Source of the DNA: an uncultured Clostridia bacterium
GTDB lineage: Bacteria; Bacillota; Clostridia; Oscillospirales; CAG-272
Reading direction: 5' to 3'
Length of the DNA stretch: 43,444 nt
NCBI GenBank assembly: GCA_946618395.1
Contig: CAMOLD010000001.1
Coordinates: forward strand, 1 to 43,444
This document shows positions 19,209-27,533 of the stretch, in pieces. How positions within the stretch are numbered: the first letter of the stretch is position 1; each line of letters starts with the position of its first letter. Made by a program: the position numbers and the translations under genes. The notes under the pieces were generated by a model that was given only the letters and a program-made list of their open reading frames with translations, did no database searches and was not told the origin of the DNA.

Positions 19209-19392
19209 GGTGTTTTCCTCCTCAAATAAATTCGGTGGGAACAGGATTGCCGGTTTTGTCATATTCTGTCGTGAAAGAGCGCATCAACCAGCCGGTGCGG
19301 AGCCGCAAAAGGCAGGACGTTCGGGGAAAAATCGACCGGCAGGAAAATGCTTTTTCATAGCGGAGCGGTTCTCAAAGGAGCGCTCCGCATTT

Positions 19393-19875
19393 TTATGTTT
19401 TGTAAATCAGGCAAACCGCGTGTGCGGCAATTCCAAGCCCTTCTCCGGTAAAGCCAAGCCCCTCTTCGGTGGTGGCTTTCACGCTGACGCAAGCCGGTGG
19501 AATCCCCAGCGCGGCGGCAATATTTTCCCGCATTTTGGCAATGTGCGGCGCCAATTTGGGCGCTTGCGCCAAAACCGTTGCGTCAAGGTTGCCAATTTCC
19601 CAGCCGTTCTTTTGCAATAGCGTTGCAACCGTTTGCGCCAGCGCAAGGCTGTCCGCCCCTTTGAATGCCGGATCGGTATCGGGAAAGAGGTGGCCAATGT
19701 CGCCAAGTGCGGCGGCGCCCAAAAGCGCGTCCATAATCGCATGGGTCAAAACATCGGCGTCGCTGTGCCCCAACAGGCCAAGCGTATAGGGAATCTCCAC
19801 GCCACCCAAAATCAGGCGGCGGTCAGGGACCAAACGGTGGACGTCGTATCCGTGACCTACCCGAAAATCATTCAT
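19393..19875 (-). CDS. ispF: 2-C-methyl-D-erythritol 2,4-cyclodiphosphate synthase
   Basis: [46 protein letters not shown]. The start overlaps the ispD stop. Confidence 0.92.
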   Translation of the reverse strand: MNDFRVGHGYDVHRLVPDRRLILGGVEIPYTLGLLGHSDADVLTHAIMDALLGAAALGDIGHLFPDTDPAFKGADSLALAQTVATLLQKNGWEIGNLDATVLAQAPKLAPHIAKMRENIAAALGIPPACVSVKATTEEGLGFTGEGLGIAAHAVCLIYKT

Positions 19876-20635
19876 CTTCATCCTCCTCTCCTCGCGCGGC
19901 AAGAATCGCCTCTGCAAGGCGGATATCTTCCGGCAGGGTGATTTTGATGTTTTCTTTTCCGCAATCCACAAGGCGCACGCCGTAGCCCATGTGCTCAATC
20001 AGGCCGTTGTCATCGGTCGGCGAAAAGTTGTCCGCCTCAGCGCGGGCGGTTGCGGCGGCGTAAAGGGGAAGTGCAAACACCTGCGGCGTTTGGACTGCCC
20101 AAAGGTTTTCGCGTTCCACCGTTTCCTTCACGTTCCCCAAAACACCCGTCCGTTTTACGGTGTCGGTAATGGGATAGCCGGCGGAAGCGGCTTTGTTTTT
20201 GTAGGCGCAAAGGCAAACGCGCGCGATCTGCAAAGGGGTTGTCAGACACCTGGCACCGTCTGCAACCGCCAAAAAGCGCGTGTCAATGCTAACAGCGTTC
20301 AGCCCGTTGCGCGCAGATTCCGCACGGTCTTTTCCGCCCGGAACGATCGCCGCGCATTTGGAAATATCATAGCTGTCAACCATGTCCTGCACCAGCTCTT
20401 TGTCTTGCGCGCGCGTGACCACCACAATCTCGCGGATCAGCGGGCAGGTTTCATAGGCTTTCAGCGTGCGTGCCAGCACCGGCATTCCGCCAACCTCCAA
20501 AAACTGTTTGGAGGTTTTTGACCCCATGCGCGTGGAGGAGCCGGCGGCAAGAATGAGCGCGGTGGTGTAGTTTTTTACCGTCAGTTTTTGATAAAGATTC
20601 AAAAGTTCGCCTGCGCCTTTCAGCACCTTTTTCAT
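19868..20635 (-). CDS. ispD: 2-C-methyl-D-erythritol 4-phosphate cytidylyltransferase
   Basis: [45 protein letters not shown] before the ATG at 20635. Confidence 0.9.
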   Translation of the reverse strand: MKKVLKGAGELLNLYQKLTVKNYTTALILAAGSSTRMGSKTSKQFLEVGGMPVLARTLKAYETCPLIREIVVVTRAQDKELVQDMVDSYDISKCAAIVPGGKDRAESARNGLNAVSIDTRFLAVADGARCLTTPLQIARVCLCAYKNKAASAGYPITDTVKRTGVLGNVKETVERENLWAVQTPQVFALPLYAAATARAEADNFSPTDDNGLIEHMGYGVRLVDCGKENIKITLPEDIRLAEAILAARGEEDEDE

Positions 20636-20671
20636 GTGCCGCCTCCTTTCTCCCAAATGCGGTGTTTCCAA

Positions 20672-21124
20672 TCAAAATTCGGTTTTTTCGTATTGCATGA
20701 ACATATCCACGCGGCGTTGGTGTTTTCCACCCTCAAATTCGGTGGCAAGGAATGCGTCCACCAAATCGCAGGCAACTCCGTAGCCAACCACGCGCTCGCC
20801 GAAGCAAAGGATGTTTGCGTCATTGTGCGCGCGTGTCAAACGGGCGCTGAACACGTCCGAACAAGCGGCGGCGCGAATGCCGCGGTGTTTGTTTGCCGCC
20901 ATCGACATTCCAATTCCGGTTCCGCAAATCAGAATGCCCAGTTTTGTGGTTCCGTTTTGAACGTTTTTGCAAACGGCGTCGGCAAAAACGGGGTAGTCGC
21001 AGCTTGCTTCGCTGTCGGTTCCAACGTCAATTACCTCCCAGCCAAGCTCTTTGAGGTGACCGATGATTTTGATCTTCAAAGCATATCCGGCATGGTCGGA
21101 GCCAATGGTAATCTTCTTTTCCAT
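20672..21124 (-). CDS. rpiB: Ribose-5-phosphate isomerase B
   Basis: KITIGSDHAGYALK..CDYPVFA..ILICGTGIGMSMAANKHRGIRAA. Confidence 0.92.
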   Translation of the reverse strand: MEKKITIGSDHAGYALKIKIIGHLKELGWEVIDVGTDSEASCDYPVFADAVCKNVQNGTTKLGILICGTGIGMSMAANKHRGIRAAACSDVFSARLTRAHNDANILCFGERVVGYGVACDLVDAFLATEFEGGKHQRRVDMFMQYEKTEF

Positions 21125-21152
21125 AGTTTCAGCGTCCTTTCAAAATGATGAT

Positions 21153-21848
21153 TCAATTAGATTCCTGTTTTTTCAAATTTTCTGCGCGCGTCCGTTCAGC
21201 CTGAGAAGGGCGCAGATAGACCGGGGAGAGGTGCGCGTCGTCGGTCGCCTTTCCGTTTTGCAGTTCCCGCAGGGCAACTGCGGCAACCGAGGCGGCGCTT
21301 TGCAGCTGCAACCGCTCGGGCAGGGGAAGATAGGGGTGCTTGATCTGCGATGTTACAAGCTCGTATCCGTCGCCAACGAACAAAACCGGTTCCGGATAGG
21401 CGGAAAGCTTTGCTTCCAGCTCCTCTATTGAAATTGCCATGTCCGGCAAGAGCCGTTCTTTGCCGCGGAATAGCGCGGTGTAAACCTGGTTTCTTCGGGC
21501 GTTCATCACCGGGCAAATCAGCTTGTCTCCCAAAAAGGAGAGGTTTTCGGCAAGCGCCTGCAACGTGGAAACCCCAACACAGGGCTTTCCTTTTCCAAAA
21601 GCCAGCCCTTTCACGGTCGCAACGCCGATGCGCACGCCGGTAAAGGAGCCGGGACCTGCCGAAACGGCAAACAAATCAATATCGTCTGTTGTCAGATCCA
21701 ACCGTTTCAAAAGCGTTTGTGCCATGGGGAGCAGGTTTTCGCTGTGCGTGTTTCCGCGGTTCAGCGTCATCTCCGCCAAAAGGCGATCGTCTTTTTGCAG
21801 GGCGACCGACGCCGCAATTGCCGAACTTTCAACCGCCAAAACGATCAT
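21153..21848 (-). CDS. tsaB: tRNA t6A biosynthesis protein TsaB
   Basis: MIVLAVESSAIAASVAL..AVSAGPGSFTGVRIGVATVKGLA. Confidence 0.88.
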   Translation of the reverse strand: MIVLAVESSAIAASVALQKDDRLLAEMTLNRGNTHSENLLPMAQTLLKRLDLTTDDIDLFAVSAGPGSFTGVRIGVATVKGLAFGKGKPCVGVSTLQALAENLSFLGDKLICPVMNARRNQVYTALFRGKERLLPDMAISIEELEAKLSAYPEPVLFVGDGYELVTSQIKHPYLPLPERLQLQSAASVAAVALRELQNGKATDDAHLSPVYLRPSQAERTRAENLKKQESN

Positions 21849-22306
21849 GCGTCTTTCCCCCTTTGCAAAATGGTAATTTTTCGATGGTCTGGCGCCGCAG
21901 GGTCATCTTTTTCAATGACGATCTCCAAGCGCTCTTCGGGCAAAAAGTCGGCAATTTTGTTGCTCCATTCGCAAAGGCAAATGCCGCCGCGCATAAGGTA
22001 GTCATCAAATCCAATCGAAATCAGATCTTCCTCGCTGTCAATCCGGTAAAAATCAAAATGAAAGACCGGGCGGGGGCACGCAGGGTATTCGCGCACCAGC
22101 GCAAAGGTGGGCGAGCGGACTGCCGACCCGGGCGAGATGACCGAAACGAATCCGCGCACGAATGCCGTTTTCCCAACGCCAAGGTCACCGTCCAGTGCCA
22201 AAAAAGGCGGCAGAGCGGCGTCTTTTTGCATTGCGGCGGCAATCGCGGCACCGAGCCGTTCGGTCTCTTCCACGGAGGAGGAGAATATAGGAGTTTCCCA
22301 GTTCAT
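21845..22306 (-). CDS. tsaE: tRNA t6A biosynthesis ATPase TsaE
   Basis: LDGDLGVGKTAFVRG (P-loop)..HFDFYRI..CLCEW. 4-nt overlap with tsaB. Confidence 0.88.
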   Translation of the reverse strand: MNWETPIFSSSVEETERLGAAIAAAMQKDAALPPFLALDGDLGVGKTAFVRGFVSVISPGSAVRSPTFALVREYPACPRPVFHFDFYRIDSEEDLISIGFDDYLMRGGICLCEWSNKIADFLPEERLEIVIEKDDPAAPDHRKITILQRGKDA

Positions 22307-22354
22307 ATCCGTTCACCTCCGCTTTCTGTGCGTTTTTGCACGATTTCTACAATT

Positions 22355-22383
22355 ATTATAACATTTACGGGAAATTTTGTAAA
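22355..22383 (-). promoter_or_regulatory. Sigma-A-type promoter for tsaE-tsaB
   Basis: Minus strand: TTTACA, 17 bp, TATAAT. Confidence 0.55.
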
Positions 22384-22412
22384 GTATTTTTCAAATTTTT
22401 CCGTCAGGTGGT

Positions 22413-22622
22413 CTACTTTTTCCGGAATGCCGTCAAAGGGATTCTGGTTCCGTCCGGTTCTTCCACAACGGTATTGTCCAGCGTCCTTTTCAAATTGGCG
22501 CGGAACTCGGCAAGGTATTCTTCGCGCAAAGCTTTCTGCTCGGCGGCCTCTTCGGGCGTCAACCCCTCGGATTTTTGCTTTTTTGCCAGTTCGTTGATGC
22601 GCAACTGCTTTTCAATCTCCAT
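22413..22622 (-). CDS. DUF896 (YnzC/UPF0291) family protein
   Basis: RINELAKKQKSEGLTPEEAAEQKALREEYLAEFRANLKRTLD. Confidence 0.8.
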   Translation of the reverse strand: MEIEKQLRINELAKKQKSEGLTPEEAAEQKALREEYLAEFRANLKRTLDNTVVEEPDGTRIPLTAFRKK

Positions 22623-22650
22623 AAAAAAACCGCTTCCTTTCCGTCAGAAT

Positions 22651-22688
22651 TTCAAAAAAGAAAGGGCAGGACACAATGGGTGCCTGCC
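22651..22688 (-). terminator. Hairpin plus T-rich tract after rpmB (probably leaky; the DUF896 gene follows without a promoter)
   Basis: Minus strand: GGCAGG-12 nt-CCTGCC then CTTTCTTTTTT. Confidence 0.5.
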
Positions 22689-22712
22689 GCATCTCTTTAT
22701 CTGCACCCGAAA

Positions 22713-22883
22713 TTAAGCCTTTCTCAGGGTGCGAAGGCAACGGGAGCAAACGTTAATTGCTTTCTCGCCGTCGAGTCTGATTTTGCGAATATTGGGTTTC
22801 CAGGTTCTGTTTGTTTTCCGGTGGGAGTGGGAAACGTTCTGACCGAACACAACTCCTTTACCGCAAATGCAGCATTTTGCCAT
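22713..22883 (-). CDS. rpmB: 50S ribosomal protein L28
   Basis: [43 protein letters not shown] precedes it. The ORF-track start at 22940 is upstream of the true start. Confidence 0.92.
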   Translation of the reverse strand: MAKCCICGKGVVFGQNVSHSHRKTNRTWKPNIRKIRLDGEKAINVCSRCLRTLRKA

Positions 22884-22960
22884 TTTGACACCTCCTACTA
22901 AACGCTTCACCGCCACAAAAAACCGGTCGTGACGGGGCAAAACATAACATAGCAGATTGT

Positions 22961-22989
22961 ATTATATCATATCTTTTTCCAGAATGCAA
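22961..22989 (-). promoter_or_regulatory. Sigma-A-type promoter for rpmB
   Basis: Minus strand: TTGCAT, 17 bp, TATAAT. Confidence 0.55.
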
Positions 22990-23110
22990 GAGTTTTTTTG
23001 AATTTTTTTCAAAAAAGTAAACGGGAGCAAAAAACGGCAAAATCCGGCGGTTCTATTTTCCTTTCCGGGCGCATAACATAAAACAAAAAATCGGAAAGGC
23101 GGTATGTTTT

Positions 23111-24409
23111 GTGAAATCCGTTTTCAAGTTGATGGTATTTTTGTTATCTGGCTTGCTCTTGCTTGCGGCGCTTCCGGTCTCGGCCCTTGCGGCAGAGGAG
23201 AAGGGGATTCTTTCGCAGGGGGTATCGGTTCTCGCTTCCGGAATGGACGTTGCCGTATCCGGCATGGTGGGGAACGATATTCCGTTTTGCGCCGATGATT
23301 TTGAAAAAGGGCTGAACCTTTCCGAGGTCCGCTATCTCACCTTCAAAAGCGTCCCGTCAAGCGCCGACGGTGACCTATTGCTGGGTTCTTCGCGCATTGC
23401 GGCGGGGCAAAGCGTTTCGGCGGCAACCTTGACGGCGGTTGTCTTTCATCCGGCAAGCGAGGAGGTCGCGCAGTCTTCGTTCACCTTCACCGTCAACGGC
23501 GGAAATATTCCGCTCACCTGCCGGCTTTGCTATCGCTCGGGCGCAAATTCGGCGCCAAGCGTCGGGGTGGCTTCGGCGCTCTCCTTGAACTGCATGACCT
23601 ACCGGGACGTCGATCGTTACGGAACGCTTTGCGCTGTTGATCCGGAGGGGGATGAAGTGCGGTATGAAATCATCACGCCGCCGCAAAAGGGAAGCGTTAT
23701 GCTCACCGATCCCGCCAAGGGCACCTATGTTTACAGACCCGGCAAAGGCTATATCGGGAGCGATTCATTCACCTACGTCGCGCGGGATTCCTACGGCAAT
23801 TATAGCCGCACCGAAAAGGTCAATCTGCGCGTGGAGGCGGCAGGAACCTCCGTTCAATATGTGGATGTTTCCAAGGAGCAAACGGTATCCGCCATTGCGG
23901 TCACCTCGGCGGGCATCATGAGCGGTTCCCAGCTTGGCGGCAAATATTATTTCTATCCCGAAGAAGAGGTCAGCCGGCTCGACTTTTTGGTCATGGCAAT
24001 GAACGCCGTTGGCATTTCGGAGGTCCCGGATTGCGAAAAAACGAGCTTTGCCGATGACGAAGAAATTCCCGCAACCATGAAAGGAACTATTTCGGCGGCG
24101 GAAAAACTGGGCATTCTCTCGGTTTTCGCAAACGGCGAAGAGGAAAACCGTTTTGCGCCCAAGGAGCCGGTCACCCGCGCCGAGGCGGCAGTCATTTTGG
24201 AAAAACTGCTCAATGCCCGGCCGGTGGCAAACAGCATTCCCACCTTTTCGGATACGTTGCAAATCCCCGTTTGGGCACAGGACGCGGTTTTCACGCTGGG
24301 GTCGCTCGGAATCATGACGTCCTCCGACGGCAATGTCTCCCCGCTTGCAAAACTCACCCGCGGCACAACGGCGGAATTGCTGGCGGCGGTCATGCGTTAC
24401 CGCGCGTAA
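23111..24409 (+). CDS. Secreted cell-wall protein: cadherin/Ig-like repeat region plus three C-terminal SLH domains
   Basis: Signal peptide MKSVFKLMVFLLSGLLLLAALPVSALA. DPEGDEVRYEIITPPQKGSVMLTDPAKGTYVYRPGKGYIGSDSFTYVARD (cadherin-like/tandem-95-type). Three SLH-like repeats (YVDV.., FADD..VTRAEAAVILEKLL, FSD..LTRGTTAELL). Confidence 0.8.
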   Translation: MKSVFKLMVFLLSGLLLLAALPVSALAAEEKGILSQGVSVLASGMDVAVSGMVGNDIPFCADDFEKGLNLSEVRYLTFKSVPSSADGDLLLGSSRIAAGQSVSAATLTAVVFHPASEEVAQSSFTFTVNGGNIPLTCRLCYRSGANSAPSVGVASALSLNCMTYRDVDRYGTLCAVDPEGDEVRYEIITPPQKGSVMLTDPAKGTYVYRPGKGYIGSDSFTYVARDSYGNYSRTEKVNLRVEAAGTSVQYVDVSKEQTVSAIAVTSAGIMSGSQLGGKYYFYPEEEVSRLDFLVMAMNAVGISEVPDCEKTSFADDEEIPATMKGTISAAEKLGILSVFANGEEENRFAPKEPVTRAEAAVILEKLLNARPVANSIPTFSDTLQIPVWAQDAVFTLGSLGIMTSSDGNVSPLAKLTRGTTAELLAAVMRYRA

Positions 24410-24460
24410 ATAAATAAAAAAGAATATTCCCATTGCTTTGATGGTTTGATAGAAATTTTG

Positions 24461-24507
24461 AAAAGCACACGTTTTTGCATGGCAAAACAACGTGTGCTTT
24501 TCTTTTC
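24461..24507 (+). terminator. Rho-independent terminator after the SLH-protein gene
   Basis: AAAAGCACACGTT-15 nt loop-AACGTGTGCTTTTCTTTT. Confidence 0.75.
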
Positions 24508-24595
24508 AGTTATAACGCTTGCTTTCTAAGCAGTTGTGATTTAAGCCTGTGCCTGAAAGGAATGAGATAGCCTTCTCTTGCAAGAACTTTTTTAC

Positions 24596-24702
24596 GTGCC
24601 GAAGGCACTCATCACGTCCGAAGGACACATCACGCGCAAAGCGCTCATCACTTGCCCGCAGGGCAAACATCACTCATCGTAGCGATTTCGATCGCTACGA
24701 TG
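24596..24702. repeat. Array of five different perfect palindromes separated by the invariant heptamer WCATCAC (minus strand: GTGATGW)
   Basis: GTGCC-GAA-GGCAC TCATCAC GTCC-GAA-GGAC ACATCAC GCGC-AAA-GCGC TCATCAC TTGCCC-GCA-GGGCAA ACATCAC T CATCGTAGCGAT-TTCG-ATCGCTACGATG. Confidence 0.85.
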
Positions 24703-24716
24703 CCGCGCCTCTTTTT

Positions 24717-24974
24717 TTACTCACCATTTCGTTTTTTTCGTTCCAGCTCAATCGCGTCGGCAACAATTGCCAGCAAAACGGCAACCAAAATGGCGGCAAG
24801 GTAATCATAAAACGCCATGGACCAGGTATCAAAAGCCAGCAAAACGTCTGTCTGCCGGTCCACAAGATAGGAGATCAAAATAAAAATTCCTTCCAAAATG
24901 ACCAGCGGAAGCGTCAGCCGCAAATAGAGAAGCGCCGAGCGCCCGGGGATGTAGATAGAAAATTTTCGTTTCAT
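24717..24974 (-). CDS. Small two-TM membrane protein (hypothetical)
   Basis: 85 aa, GGAGGATGA SD, two hydrophobic helices (LTLPLVILEGIFILISYLV; YLAAILVAVLLAIVA). Confidence 0.6.
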   Translation of the reverse strand: MKRKFSIYIPGRSALLYLRLTLPLVILEGIFILISYLVDRQTDVLLAFDTWSMAFYDYLAAILVAVLLAIVADAIELERKKRNGE

Positions 24975-25348
24975 TTGGCCGTCATCCTCCGAATATGTGA
25001 CTGTTTATGCAAAACGGAAAAAATGAATATTTTTTTCAAACTTGCAAAAAACGAGGGGTATTTTTGCTTCTACAACTCCATTTTAACGGCCGGTATGCAA
25101 AAAATCAAGTGAAAGTTTTTCCCAAATCGCCCGTTCAAAAAAATAAATATTGGAAAATTTGTATAAAAAATCCAAAAATAGAAGAAATATCCAAAAAATT
25201 GGGAGAAAAAAGAAAAAAAGACAGTTTTTTCTGTTCAAAATCGACAAAACTGCCCCTTTTTCGTTTGGATTTTCCAATTTTCCGGCGTGCTAAAATAAAG
25301 TTGTAAGCGCTCGAAAAAAGACGAAAACGCACGAAAGGAAGAAGAAAA

Positions 25349-25633
25349 ATGAATACGCTTGAAAACAACAATCTTTTAATGGAAGAAACCGTGTTTTGCG
25401 AGGGGTTACAACTGCAAAACCGGTTTTGGCAGGACCTTTCCACCCGACAGTTTCATGTTTCGGTCACCTGCGGAAAAGAGTCCGCCTCTGCCGCGCTCGG
25501 GAAAGATCCGCTCTTCGCCGCCGATTGTTACCGGAAAATCCGGGACGGCGGAGTCACGCCCTGCACGCTGGAGGATATCGTCTGCGACCTGACCAAGCTG
25601 GAAAAAAACGAAAAAACGCTTTACAAAATGTGA
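25349..25633 (+). CDS. Hypothetical 94-aa protein
   Basis: GAAAGGAAG SD. Soluble, with no recognised motif. Confidence 0.5.
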   Translation: MNTLENNNLLMEETVFCEGLQLQNRFWQDLSTRQFHVSVTCGKESASAALGKDPLFAADCYRKIRDGGVTPCTLEDIVCDLTKLEKNEKTLYKM

Positions 25634-25648
25634 CAAATATGGTATAAT
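25620..25648 (+). promoter_or_regulatory. Sigma-A-type promoter for nrdR, overlapping the last codons of the upstream ORF
   Basis: TTTACA, 17 bp, TG-extended TATAAT. Confidence 0.55.
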
Positions 25649-25692
25649 CAACAGTAGAAGCCGAATCTCCAAAGAAGGGAAGGTAACAAAAC

Positions 25693-26157
25693 ATGAAATG
25701 CCCCTATTGCGGACACACCGAGGATAAGGTCATCGATTCCCGCCCCATTGAGGATGAAAGCAGCATCCGCCGCCGTCGCGAATGCCTGTTTTGCCATAAA
25801 CGGTTCACCACCTTTGAAACGGTGGAGTCCACGCAAATCATCGTCATCAAAAAAAGCGGGCAAAAGGAGCTGTTTGACCGGCAAAAATTGCTTTCCGGCG
25901 TGCTGAAAGCAACGCAAAAACGCCCGGTGGATGCCGCCCAGCTGGTGGCGGAAATCGAGGCGGAATTGCAAAACTCCTTCCGCATGGAGGTCACATCCGG
26001 CGAGCTTGGCGAAATGGTCATGAGCCGCCTCAAAGCGCTGGACGAGGTTTCCTACGTTCGCTTTGCTTCGGTCTATCGCGAGTTTAAGGACATCGACACC
26101 TTCCTGGAAGCCCTCAAAGCCCTCAAATCTCCGCGCAAAAACAACGAAAAGAAATAA
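25693..26157 (+). CDS. nrdR: Transcriptional repressor NrdR
   Basis: MKCPYCGHTEDKVIDSRPIEDESSIRRRRECLFCHKRFTTFE (zinc ribbon) plus an ATP-cone. Confidence 0.95.
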   Translation: MKCPYCGHTEDKVIDSRPIEDESSIRRRRECLFCHKRFTTFETVESTQIIVIKKSGQKELFDRQKLLSGVLKATQKRPVDAAQLVAEIEAELQNSFRMEVTSGELGEMVMSRLKALDEVSYVRFASVYREFKDIDTFLEALKALKSPRKNNEKK

Positions 26158-26163
26158 AATCAA

Positions 26164-26202
26164 ACTGCGCCCGGCAAAAAACGGGCGCAGTTTTGCATTT
26201 TC
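26164..26202 (+). terminator. Rho-independent terminator after nrdR
   Basis: ACTGCGCCCG-8 nt-CGGGCGCAGT then TTTGCATTTT. Confidence 0.7.
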
Positions 26203-26246
26203 ATCCGCCAAAAGCCGCAAATATTCGATAAACGCCCCGTTTTTGC

Positions 26247-26274
26247 TTGACTTTGCCGGCGAAATGTGTATAAT
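26247..26274 (+). promoter_or_regulatory. Sigma-A-type promoter for the aminotransferase gene
   Basis: TTGACT, 16 bp, TG-extended TATAAT. Confidence 0.55.
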
Positions 26275-26307
26275 GAAAGTAGATTTGTTCCGCAAGGAGG
26301 ACTTTCC

Positions 26308-27492
26308 ATGAATGAAACAATGAAAAAACTCGGTTCCCATCGTTCTGCCATTCGGGAACTGTTTGAATACGGCAAACGCCGCAAGGCGGAAATTGGAGCC
26401 GAAAACGTGTTTGATTTCAGCATCGGCAACCCGAGCGTTCCGGCGCCGGAGGCTGTCAAAAAGGAGCTGATTCGCCTGTTGGAAAGCACCGACCCGGTCG
26501 CGCTCCACGGTTATACCTCCGCCCAGGGGGACCCCGGCGTGCGCACCGCGATTGCCGAATACCTCAACCGCACCTACGGGGCGGGGGTGGAGGCCAATCT
26601 CATCTATTTAACGGCGGGCGCCGCCGGCGCATTGACCGCGTCTTTAACGGCACTGCTCAATCCGGGCGACGAGGTTGTTTTGCCTGCGCCGTTTTTTCCG
26701 GAATACCGCGTGTTCGTGGAGCGCACGGGCGCCAAAGTCGTTCCCGTAGCTTGTGACGCGGCAACCTTCCAGCCCGATTATGCCGCGCTGGAATCGGCAA
26801 TCACCGAAAAGACGCGCGTTTTGCTGGTCAACTCGCCCAACAACCCCACGGGAGCAGTCATTCCCGAGGAGGGGGTCAAGAAAATTGCCGCCATTTTAAC
26901 GGCAAAACAAAAGCAATTCGGCAAGCCGATCTATCTCATTTCGGATGAACCCTACCGCGAGCTGGTTTGGGGCAATGCCAAAGTGCCGTATCTGACGCGC
27001 TACTATAACAACACGCTGGTTTGCTATTCGTTCAGCAAATCGCTGTCTCTGCCCGGCGAGCGTATCGGCTATGTGCTGGTTTCGCCCAAAGCCGAGGATG
27101 CCGGCGACGTTTATGCCGCCGTTTGCGGCGCGGGACGTGCGCTCGGGTTTGTCTGCGCGCCCAGCCTGTTCCAGTTCCTGGTTCCCAAGTGCCTGGGGCT
27201 GACCGCCGATTTCTCGGTCTATCAGAAAAACCGTGAATTGCTCACAACCGGTCTGCGCGCTTGCGGATTCACTGTTGTCGAGCCGGAGGGCGCCTTCTAT
27301 CTGTTTGTCAAATCGCCCGAGCCGGATGCAAACGCTTTTGCCGAGCGCGCCAAGGGAATGGAACTGTTGCTGGTCCCCAGCGATTCGTTCGGTTGCCCCG
27401 GATACGTGCGCGTTTCCTATTGCGTTTCCACCGCGCAAATTGAAAAATCGCTTCCGGCATTCCGGAAGCTGGCAAACTCCTACGGATTATAA
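26308..27492 (+). CDS. PLP-dependent class I/II aminotransferase (aspartate/alanine aminotransferase-like)
   Basis: AAGGAGG SD before the ATG at 26308. FSIGNPSVPAP, NSPNNPTGAV, and the PLP lysine in YSFSKSLSLPGERIGY. Confidence 0.85.
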   Translation: MNETMKKLGSHRSAIRELFEYGKRRKAEIGAENVFDFSIGNPSVPAPEAVKKELIRLLESTDPVALHGYTSAQGDPGVRTAIAEYLNRTYGAGVEANLIYLTAGAAGALTASLTALLNPGDEVVLPAPFFPEYRVFVERTGAKVVPVACDAATFQPDYAALESAITEKTRVLLVNSPNNPTGAVIPEEGVKKIAAILTAKQKQFGKPIYLISDEPYRELVWGNAKVPYLTRYYNNTLVCYSFSKSLSLPGERIGYVLVSPKAEDAGDVYAAVCGAGRALGFVCAPSLFQFLVPKCLGLTADFSVYQKNRELLTTGLRACGFTVVEPEGAFYLFVKSPEPDANAFAERAKGMELLLVPSDSFGCPGYVRVSYCVSTAQIEKSLPAFRKLANSYGL

Positions 27493-27533
27493 TTCTTCCA
27501 ACAACTTTTGTAAAGAAAGGCAGGAAAAACGGG

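Noticed and set aside
22994-23017. Palindrome TTTTTTGAA-TTTTT-TTCAAAAAA upstream of the rpmB promoter.
   Set aside because: It is a pure A/T homopolymer-based symmetry in an AT-rich spacer. It is as likely a UP-element-like tract as a specific operator, and nothing else supports a specific role.
24596-24702. Could the hairpin array be a degenerate CRISPR array, a hammerhead ribozyme (GUGAUGA-stem-..) or a box C/D-type K-turn RNA (RUGAUGA)?
   Set aside because: It is not CRISPR: the repeated unit is only 7 nt, the 'spacers' are 11-28 nt perfect palindromes, and no cas genes are present. The hammerhead core needs CUGAUGA..GAAA, but after the stem the sequence is GUAAAA and the other conserved strands are missing. 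No properly placed box D (CUGA) partner exists for a K-turn. The resemblance to box C is noted but not claimed.
24549-25443. ORFs 24549-25112 (+), 25007-25306 (+), 25083-25277 (-) and 25135-25443 (-).
   Set aside because: They run through the palindrome array or the AT-rich spacer, are K/F/R-rich low complexity, lack SDs and overlap each other.
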